Of a stretch of DNA of 64,000 bases, positions 56,752 to 64,000 are shown one piece after another. Position 1 is the stretch's first letter. Every line of letters starts with the position of its first letter. Source of the stretch: a bacterium (GTDB lineage: Bacteria > Hinthialibacterota > Hinthialibacteria > Hinthialibacterales > Hinthialibacteraceae). The notes under the pieces are model-generated. The model made no database searches and was not told the DNA's origin. It worked only from the letters and a program-made list of their open reading frames with translations. A program made the position numbers and the translations under genes. The DNA lies in contig CAXXMV010000006.1 in assembly GCA_963662285.2 (NCBI GenBank), forward strand, positions 96,001-160,000, written 5' to 3'.

Positions 56752-59700
56752 ATGAATAGCCGTAATCACTTGTGCAATGATAAATTAATCCAACGAATCG
56801 CGGTTGGATTTTTTATTGCGTGGCTCATGCTTCATGCAGCATGGCGCTTGATGGATCATACTCCACTGCGCGGCGACCAGACTTTCTATACTCTGGGTGC
56901 GGTTCATATATTAGAACATTGGGATCAATCATGGCCTGAGTTCCTAAGTGAATTAAATGATGTGACGGCGACGCGCATCCGGCCTCCGGGGGGCAGCCTG
57001 CTCTTGGCGCCGTGGCTGGCCTTGTTTGATAATGATTTGCGCTGGGCGGGACTCGACACGGTTTTGTGGCATGCAGCGACTTTGTTATTGCTGTTTCTGT
57101 TGGGCAAGAGGTTATTTGATTCAACTACCGGATGTTTGGCTGGAGTTTTTTTTCTGGCGCTTCCTTTAATATATACTACGCGGGTTGATCCTGAATTTTA
57201 CTTCTTTACCTTGCTGCCGCTGGCGCTTTTATGTTGCACTCATTTGTGGGATGAAAGCGGCCTGCGCTGGTGCTGGCGGCTGCTGATGGGATTGGTTGTC
57301 GCATTCGCATTGCTGACTAAATGGGTCTTTGCCGTATATCTGTTAGGCCCGATGCTTCTTATGTCGGTTGTTCTGAATCTACGCATACAGTATAAGACGG
57401 TTAACCTTAGAAAGGCGCCGTTTTGGATTGAAATGGGATTGCTTACGGCGCCAGTAATACTAGTCGCCTTATTATGGTATTGGCCCAACCGTGCGGCGCT
57501 GGCGGAGGCCTTTGAGCAGATTGCCAGTATGCGCCAGTTTACGCCTTTTCATGATGGATGGCGTTGGTCTGTTCCATTGCATTATCCATCACAATTGCTT
57601 TTGCAGAATAAGATTGCGCCTGCGTTTTTTATGCTGGCTGGATTGTGTCTGCCGCTGCTGCCATCGAAACTATTGAATAGAATCGGTTGGCGTCCTTTTT
57701 CGCCCCATGACATTTATGGATATAGATTATTGATGTCCAGCGTCGTAGGCGCCTGGCTTTATTTCAGCGTTAGATATGAAAACGTCCCGGTCAAATACGC
57801 CTTTGCATTATTACCTGTTCTGTCGATTTTGTCTGTTGCATGGCTCAAGATGATTTGCGCAGGCAGACTCAAGAATTGTCTGGTAGGATTGCTGCTGATT
57901 TACGCCGCATGTTGTTCGGTCTGGATGCATTTCGCCCCGTTATCGCTGCTGGGCGAGGCCAAACTACCCCGAACAGTACAGATTGATCTGAATAATTATG
58001 TTTTAAGATACACGGTTCCGGTCAGCCGTCCTCCGCATCGCGAACAATGGCCTATGGATGCTATTGCCCAGACTATCGAACGACTGGAGAACGGCAACGG
58101 GCAAGCAGCGCAGGCGGCGGTGCTGCCTGATATATATTATTTCGACTGGCGCAATATGGGTGTGGCTCTTAAACTGCGCGGGCTTGATATGGACGCCGTT
58201 GCATTACCGCCTAAAAACGGATTGCTGCGTCTGATCAATGCGCGTTATATCATTGCCAGCCGGGGTCAGGTCACCCGTTTTTCATATCCCCATTTTGAGC
58301 AGGATCCCAATCATCGCATCGCGGTTCCCTTAAACCGGCTTATCGATAACGCTCCGGCCTGGTTCGGGGATCATTACCGGATGGTGGGGCGCTTTGATAT
58401 GCCCTATGGCCTGTCGGAACTGCAATTGTTTCACTTGGAGAAATCGCACGACGTCATATCGGCGAAAGCGTTATGCAATTTCTGGATCAGTTATAATTTG
58501 AATGACTCCGATGCCTGGGATCAGGTCGCCAAAGTCTGGGCTATGCTCTTAAACCAACCGCGCCTGAATCGAGCGCAATCCATTAGCGCTTTCTTAAAAG
58601 ATGGAAAGCAATCTAATGCGTCGATTTCATCTCTCTATAATATTATTGGAAAATATGAGAACCTGGTTGCTCTACTCGAAAAGTCCGATGCTGGTTCAGA
58701 TATCCTGCCCTATGAAGAACTGCAACTGGGCAGCCTGGGTGCTGATGCTGCTAGTTTAAAGTTATTAAAGCGTTGCGCCTCCGGGAAAAGTCTCTGCGCT
58801 TGGAAAGCAGCGCAATTGCTAGGGCAGCGCTGTTTGGAGCAAAACGACCTTGAAGAATCAGAACATTGGTTCTTACAATCCTGGAGATCTCAGCGCGACA
58901 GGCCGGAAATGCTGCGCCAGTTGGCGCAGATCGCCAGCAAGCGTAAACAACCGGGTTTACAAAAATTATATAACAGCATCGCCCAAAACAGCGAAGCATT
59001 ACTTAACAACAACCGGCGTCCCCTGTTTTATCAAAAAGCCGCTAACGCGCTGCTTGAGGCTGGTATGAATCAAGACGCCTTATGGTATGCCTATCAGGGA
59101 TTCACGGCGGGGCTTAACCGGCATCCCAATACATTGCCGTTGCATCGCGCCTTGCAGAGAAATAATCTATCTTTGCCGGATTACGAAACGCTGATGCTTC
59201 CCCTGGAGCGCATGACGGTTGATAATGATTCAGCCAGAGTTATATCACTGAAAACCGGGGATTCCTATGTTTTTTCATTTCTTAATCTGGATGGCGGTAA
59301 ATACCGCTTATACTGGGATCATGTGATCAAAGATTCTCCAGTAACCTTCTCATTCTCTCTGGATGAAACCATGCTGCAAACCCGGTCTTTCCAAAATGAT
59401 GATCCAGGCGTCTTTGAATTTGATTCAACCCTATGGGGCGACCGGCTGCGCATTGATTGCATCGAAGGTGAAGCGGTGTTGAGCGACGTCTTTCTGCAAC
59501 GTATTGAGACGGAGATTCCCTTCGTGGATTGGGATGGCGAATTAAACGTCAAAGGCAAGGGCTATCATGCCGCCCAACTGGATGCGGTTAACGGTTTTTC
59601 TTTTATAACTGACGGCGATTGGGTTCGCTTGAATTTCACCAAACATACTGATCCCCGCGCCTGGGATAAACTAATCATACAAGCGCAGGGCTTATGGACC

Positions 59701-59940
59701 GAATCAGCAACCCTGACCTGGATAGTCAGGGATGAGTCTAAACAGGATATTGAGATCGAAACCCGTCAAGCGCTGTTACCAGAGCCGGGAAAAGAATCTG
59801 TTATCGTGTATTTTCCTAGTGCGGTGCGCAAATATCCCTTCCTGCTGGGATTACGCATCCATTTTGAAAAACTACAACCAGAAGAGCGTCGATGCGTTAA
59901 TAAATTGAGATTAGTTCGTCAACCTGAAATGGTTCAATAA
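56752..59940 (+). CDS. ArnT/PMT-like GT-C glycosyltransferase with long periplasmic TPR and beta-rich extension
   Basis: RGDQTFY, RPPG, LGKRLFD...AG and ALLTKW motifs; about 12 TM, then TPR-like helices. Confidence 0.8.
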   Translation: MNSRNHLCNDKLIQRIAVGFFIAWLMLHAAWRLMDHTPLRGDQTFYTLGAVHILEHWDQSWPEFLSELNDVTATRIRPPGGSLLLAPWLALFDNDLRWAGLDTVLWHAATLLLLFLLGKRLFDSTTGCLAGVFFLALPLIYTTRVDPEFYFFTLLPLALLCCTHLWDESGLRWCWRLLMGLVVAFALLTKWVFAVYLLGPMLLMSVVLNLRIQYKTVNLRKAPFWIEMGLLTAPVILVALLWYWPNRAALAEAFEQIASMRQFTPFHDGWRWSVPLHYPSQLLLQNKIAPAFFMLAGLCLPLLPSKLLNRIGWRPFSPHDIYGYRLLMSSVVGAWLYFSVRYENVPVKYAFALLPVLSILSVAWLKMICAGRLKNCLVGLLLIYAACCSVWMHFAPLSLLGEAKLPRTVQIDLNNYVLRYTVPVSRPPHREQWPMDAIAQTIERLENGNGQAAQAAVLPDIYYFDWRNMGVALKLRGLDMDAVALPPKNGLLRLINARYIIASRGQVTRFSYPHFEQDPNHRIAVPLNRLIDNAPAWFGDHYRMVGRFDMPYGLSELQLFHLEKSHDVISAKALCNFWISYNLNDSDAWDQVAKVWAMLLNQPRLNRAQSISAFLKDGKQSNASISSLYNIIGKYENLVALLEKSDAGSDILPYEELQLGSLGADAASLKLLKRCASGKSLCAWKAAQLLGQRCLEQNDLEESEHWFLQSWRSQRDRPEMLRQLAQIASKRKQPGLQKLYNSIAQNSEALLNNNRRPLFYQKAANALLEAGMNQDALWYAYQGFTAGLNRHPNTLPLHRALQRNNLSLPDYETLMLPLERMTVDNDSARVISLKTGDSYVFSFLNLDGGKYRLYWDHVIKDSPVTFSFSLDETMLQTRSFQNDDPGVFEFDSTLWGDRLRIDCIEGEAVLSDVFLQRIETEIPFVDWDGELNVKGKGYHAAQLDAVNGFSFITDGDWVRLNFTKHTDPRAWDKLIIQAQGLWTESATLTWIVRDESKQDIEIETRQALLPEPGKESVIVYFPSAVRKYPFLLGLRIHFEKLQPEERRCVNKLRLVRQPEMVQ

Positions 59941-59950
59941 GTTTATTAAT

Positions 59951-61138
59951 ATGAAAATACTATTCCTAAATCATAACCTGGCTGGCCGGGGGACTTATTT
60001 CCGCTGTATGGGCTTCGCCCGCGAGCTGGTTAAACGCGGACATCAGGTCGATCTATGGACCGTATCCACTGAGCGGAATTTCCAAGGAACCTGCGTGGAA
60101 GAAGACGGCGTCAATATCTGGCATACTCCGCGCTGGGGTAAAGTGGGGCGGCATGACGGCGGCTATGCCTTGGTCGATAATATCGCGAGGTTCTTCGCAG
60201 CCAGTGAAGGCCGTTGGGATGTAGTGCACGCTTTCGATCACCGGCCCAATGTATTATTGCCCTGGCTCTGCCTTAAAATGAAAATGCGCTGTCTGCCCGG
60301 TAATAAAACTTTGTTCGTCTCTGACTGGTGCGACTGGTGGACGGCGGGAGGTATAACCACATCACGCCGCCGTTTCCCCATTATCGACCGCATCGAGCAG
60401 CGCATCGAAGAAGGCAGCAAACGCTTCTCCGATGGCGTTACAGTGATCAGTTCAGTGCTGCAACAGCGGGCTATTGCAGTCGGAGTGAATCCCGACTGGC
60501 TGCATCTGCTGCCATCCGGGGTGGATATCGAAAAATTCCCCGAAATGGATAAAAAGACCTGCCGCAAACTGATTGGCTTGCCTGAGGATAAACCAGTATT
60601 GGGATTCATCGGTTTTTCGTTGTGGGATATGGAACTGCTGGCCAATGCCTTTGAACAAGTCAAAAAGCAGATTCCCCAAGCCGTGCTGCTGGTGATCGGC
60701 GGCGGGGTGGAAGAGAGCGCCAACGATATATTTAAGCAGAGATTCAACATTGGCGTAGATGTCTTTCTGCCTGGAGTGATCCCATTTTCTGAGGCGCCGA
60801 AATATCTGGCAGCTTGCGATATTCAACTGCTGCCCATGGAAGATAACCTGGCCAACCGCGCGCGGCTGCCCAATAAATTATGCGACTATATGGCTTCAGG
60901 ACGCCCCATAGTAGCGTCGAATGTGGGCGAGGGTGGCGATATCGTCAGAAAGAAACAGATCGGTTTGGCGGTGGATGGTGGTGTGGAAAATTTCGCGGAG
61001 GCTTGCGCGGTTTTGCTGCTAAATGATAATCTAATTAGGGAGTATGGCGGAAGAGCGCGTAATGCCGCCAGGACGGAATATTGCTATTCCCGGCTAACTG
61101 ACTCAGTTTTAATGTTTTATGAACAATTGCATAAATAG
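59951..61138 (+). CDS. Glycosyltransferase family 4
   Basis: MKILFL, ELVKRGHQV, PSGVD and PNKLCDYMASGRPIVASNVG motifs. Confidence 0.93.
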   Translation: MKILFLNHNLAGRGTYFRCMGFARELVKRGHQVDLWTVSTERNFQGTCVEEDGVNIWHTPRWGKVGRHDGGYALVDNIARFFAASEGRWDVVHAFDHRPNVLLPWLCLKMKMRCLPGNKTLFVSDWCDWWTAGGITTSRRRFPIIDRIEQRIEEGSKRFSDGVTVISSVLQQRAIAVGVNPDWLHLLPSGVDIEKFPEMDKKTCRKLIGLPEDKPVLGFIGFSLWDMELLANAFEQVKKQIPQAVLLVIGGGVEESANDIFKQRFNIGVDVFLPGVIPFSEAPKYLAACDIQLLPMEDNLANRARLPNKLCDYMASGRPIVASNVGEGGDIVRKKQIGLAVDGGVENFAEACAVLLLNDNLIREYGGRARNAARTEYCYSRLTDSVLMFYEQLHK

Positions 61139-61262
61139 TAATGATATTTTTAAAATTGCCATGTGATGTTCTTGAGAATATTATATAATAGCTTTATTGT
61201 ATTATTGTTGAGCAAATTTTTTTACCTATTTAATTCGATTTAATCTGCTAAGGGGTGGATCA

Positions 61263-62333
61263 ATGCCCAAAAAGAAAACTCTTTGGAAACGTGATTTTCC
61301 GTGTCTGGTATGCGAGACTCCGATGATAAACTATCAGTTTATGACCAAGAGTCAGACCATAGTTTATGATGAGTGGATGGTGGCGCATACCCATTCTATT
61401 GGCGAGTATGAGGAATATCCCGAGACGCTCAAGACCTCGGTCTGCCCGGGCTGCCTGACATCTTCCAATGAATATAACTATGGGGTGGATTCGCTGAAGA
61501 CTTTTACCCGCAATCCACGCAAGAATACTCAGATCAAGGAATTTTACCAGAATTGCATTGAAGAGCGTTTCAAGTTGTTATCCTCTGAATTCTATAGATT
61601 CGAAAGAGAGAGCGCGGTTCTGGATAAGAATAACAAACGTCCCCCCAATACGCGGTCCAAAGCGACTTTTGAAAAAATCTGGTCTCAGAGAGAACAGTAT
61701 GGCGTTCCCTTTTTTACTTTTATGCTTCAGGAACCGCGTGACTTAGTGACAACCATGGTCTGTTTTGCTTTGGATCGTTACTGTCAGATGGTGCGTATCT
61801 GTTATAACTATGACGTCGAACCGGATAACTGGGAATACAATACTATAGCAGATACTCTTGAGCAGCATTTCCGTGATGAACCATTGAGTATGAAATCGCC
61901 TGAACCGCGTTTTTATTATATTGGAATCAATTATCTACAAGCCATTGAATTTCTGGAGGAACTTAATAAAACGCTATATGGCGATGACGAAGAAAAACAT
62001 AAAGATACTTTTGAAGAGTATTGGAGAGACGCTTATCGTTTTATGAAACTGAGTTTTGATAACGATGACCTCAGCGCTATTCCTCTCGAAATGAAAGACG
62101 CTGGTATGAACCTGCTGATGGCGCGTTTGCATCTTAAGTTCAATGCAGGAGAAGATGCTCTGAAATGCCTGAAATTCGCCAAGAACTATGCTGATAACCG
62201 CATGAAATCAATATCCAGCACCAACCAACAGACATTCGTTAATGATGTTGATGCTTTGGCGGCAAAATACCTTAAAAAGCCTGAAGAAGAAGAGAGTGAA
62301 GAAGGTGAAGAGGGTGAAGAAGGTGAAAAATAA
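61263..62333 (+). CDS. DUF2225-like zinc-ribbon/helical protein with acidic tail
   Basis: CLVC...VCPGC Cys pairs, helical C-terminus and an EEEESEEGEEGEEGEK tail. Family call from resemblance only. Confidence 0.65.
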   Translation: MPKKKTLWKRDFPCLVCETPMINYQFMTKSQTIVYDEWMVAHTHSIGEYEEYPETLKTSVCPGCLTSSNEYNYGVDSLKTFTRNPRKNTQIKEFYQNCIEERFKLLSSEFYRFERESAVLDKNNKRPPNTRSKATFEKIWSQREQYGVPFFTFMLQEPRDLVTTMVCFALDRYCQMVRICYNYDVEPDNWEYNTIADTLEQHFRDEPLSMKSPEPRFYYIGINYLQAIEFLEELNKTLYGDDEEKHKDTFEEYWRDAYRFMKLSFDNDDLSAIPLEMKDAGMNLLMARLHLKFNAGEDALKCLKFAKNYADNRMKSISSTNQQTFVNDVDALAAKYLKKPEEEESEEGEEGEEGEK

Positions 62334-62439
62334 TTAGTTATTCTTCTTGCTCTTAAGTCTTTAAGATTCGCCCTCATCCTGGTTCTCTCCCGGAGGAATA
62401 GGGGGCTTGGTTATTCACCCTAACTTAAGGAGATATTTC

Positions 62440-62997
62440 ATGAATCGTCATGAAACGATTTTACGCCGGGATGATGTACTTCTTTTGGTTATTGATTATC
62501 AGGAAAAATTTATCGGAGTTATGGAGCATAGCGACTCGGTCACATTTGAAATAAAAAGACTGACTCAAGGGATGAATCTGTTAGATGAACCGGTATTGAT
62601 TACCGAACAGTATTCTCAAGGATTAGGTCATACCATATCAGAAATTGTTGAACAATGCAGAAATGCTTCAGTGATTGATAAAATGACCTTCAGCTGTTGC
62701 GGCAAGGAGGAATTTTGGCGAATACTCCAAGACTCTAAACGCAAACAGCTGATTATTACCGGCATCGAAACCCATGTATGCGTATTACAGACTGTGCTCG
62801 ATCTGCTGGCTAATGGCTATCAGGTGCATATCCCTATTGACGCTACCTGCTCGCGATCCGATTCGAACCGTGATAATGCCCTGCGCCGCATGGAAAAGGC
62901 CGGGGCTATTCTAACCAACTCTGAATCGGTTTTATTTGAATTGTTGGTCGAAGCGGGTACTGATGATTTCAAGAAGGTAAGAAAATTAATCGTGTAA
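62440..62997 (+). CDS. Isochorismatase family hydrolase
   Basis: LLVIDYQEK, TEQY..GLG.T, KMTFSC and GIETHVCVLQT motifs. AAGGAG RBS before ATG 62440. Confidence 0.94.
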   Translation: MNRHETILRRDDVLLLVIDYQEKFIGVMEHSDSVTFEIKRLTQGMNLLDEPVLITEQYSQGLGHTISEIVEQCRNASVIDKMTFSCCGKEEFWRILQDSKRKQLIITGIETHVCVLQTVLDLLANGYQVHIPIDATCSRSDSNRDNALRRMEKAGAILTNSESVLFELLVEAGTDDFKKVRKLIV

Positions 62998-63364
62998 GGA
63001 TATAACTTAGGGATATAAATATCTCTACCTTACTGTCCCAATCCAAAAATCCACCCCATCAATCAATCCACCCGTCTCATACCAAGCAATCACAATATGT
63101 TATGAACATATCAATGAAATGATCCTACGCGAAAAACACGTAAGTTCAATGTTTGCAGTACGTATTAAAAATGCGAGGCGCCGGGGTCTACAAAACCATT
63201 GAATGACGCAGGAACCATTTCAAAAAATTAATTCTTATAATTGAGATATAATCTATAATGAGGAATAGTATTTTTATCAAATTTCAAATCTGATTTTGGG
63301 ATGTCTTTTGATTATATACTCGGCCACGTAAATATGTTTTTCGAGAAAGGAATCTTAAGAAATC

Positions 63365-64000
63365 ATGAACCTTATTTGCAAAATTATCGTTGTTTTTTTA
63401 ATCGGATTGGTGCTTACGCCATCCTTAAGCGCCGTAGACTTTGGGGATTTAGATCAAAACATCAATACTAACGAATTAATACCAGATGCCAATTTCCGTA
63501 CGGCAATTGAAAAAATCATGGGAGTACAACCAGGTGAAAACATTGCTCTCGGCGATGCAATAGAAAAAGAAGGTTTTCTTGTTGTGACTGATATAGATAT
63601 TAAGGACCTTACAGGCTTGGAGTATTTCCCCAATATATCGTCCTTATATTGCAATAATAATCAGATTGAAGAGTTGGATTTAAGCAATAATTTGAATATA
63701 GAAAAAATTTATTGCGCTAATAATACAATTCAGAATATTATTATCCCGGAAAATTCCAAATTGAAATATCTGTATTGCATGAACAACAATTTAGTCAATC
63801 TCGATTTGAGTAATGCGAAAAATCTGGTTGTCGTAAATGGCCGCGACAATCAACTGGAATCGATTAACCTTAATGGTCTATCGAATTTGGAAAGGGTTTA
63901 TCTCTACAATAACAACTTAACTCAACTTGATGTTACATCCAATCCGGACTTGAATTATTTGAGTTGCTTCAATAATAATTTAAGTGAATTGAACGTCGAT
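63365..64000 (+). CDS. Secreted internalin-like leucine-rich repeat protein (truncated by the window edge; not in the ORF track)
   Basis: MNLICKIIVVFLIGLVLTPSLSA signal, IPDANFRTAI cap, IKDLTGLEYFPNISSLYCNNNQI, then roughly 21 aa LRRs open to the end of the window. Confidence 0.92.
   Translation, partial: MNLICKIIVVFLIGLVLTPSLSAVDFGDLDQNINTNELIPDANFRTAIEKIMGVQPGENIALGDAIEKEGFLVVTDIDIKDLTGLEYFPNISSLYCNNNQIEELDLSNNLNIEKIYCANNTIQNIIIPENSKLKYLYCMNNNLVNLDLSNAKNLVVVNGRDNQLESINLNGLSNLERVYLYNNNLTQLDVTSNPDLNYLSCFNNNLSELNVD

Noticed and set aside
725-63654. Numerous 60-170 aa ORFs antisense or out of frame within long genes
   Set aside because: These are shadow ORFs of well-supported CDSs with no independent motifs.
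1-64000. rRNA, tRNA, tmRNA, integron or prophage features
   Set aside because: I saw no recognisable signatures by eye. tRNAscan and Infernal would be needed to exclude them formally.

Overview
A 64 kb bacterial chromosomal window containing the probable replication origin: a roughly 1.7 kb AT-rich gap with DnaA boxes, followed by a solitary dnaA with no dnaN or rpmH beside it. Around it are two large PAS-rich hybrid histidine kinases with an Hpt protein, a type IV pilin-like gene, and carbohydrate uptake and catabolism genes (two SSS symporters, an arabinose/fucose-family isomerase, a GalK-like kinase, GH-like proteins, two URO-D-family proteins and a Gfo/Idh/MocA enzyme). It also holds an ECF sigma/anti-sigma pair facing a 4-gene ABC operon, envelope glycosyltransferases, two paralogous secreted serine hydrolases, two defective IS elements (ISL3, IS481) and at least three families of intergenic palindromic repeats. 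I saw no rRNA, tRNA or CRISPR array. The pilin style and C-terminal motifs resemble Sumerlaeota/Hinthialibacterota-like bacteria (inference from memory, unverified). The most interesting signals are: (1) a shared terminal motif V-x-[EH]-W-[SE]-L-[YH]-stop on three proteins, suggesting an uncharacterised C-terminal sorting system; (2) a roughly 200 nt multi-helix structured element inside the IS481 3' end; (3) a candidate sRNA with promoter and terminator inside the origin gap; (4) a SigW-like ECF promoter motif defining a local regulon; (5) a covarying CAAGGG-hairpin-CCCTTGA repeat family; (6) two hidden gene remnants missed by the ORF track. All calls are by eye; no searches or folding programs were run.
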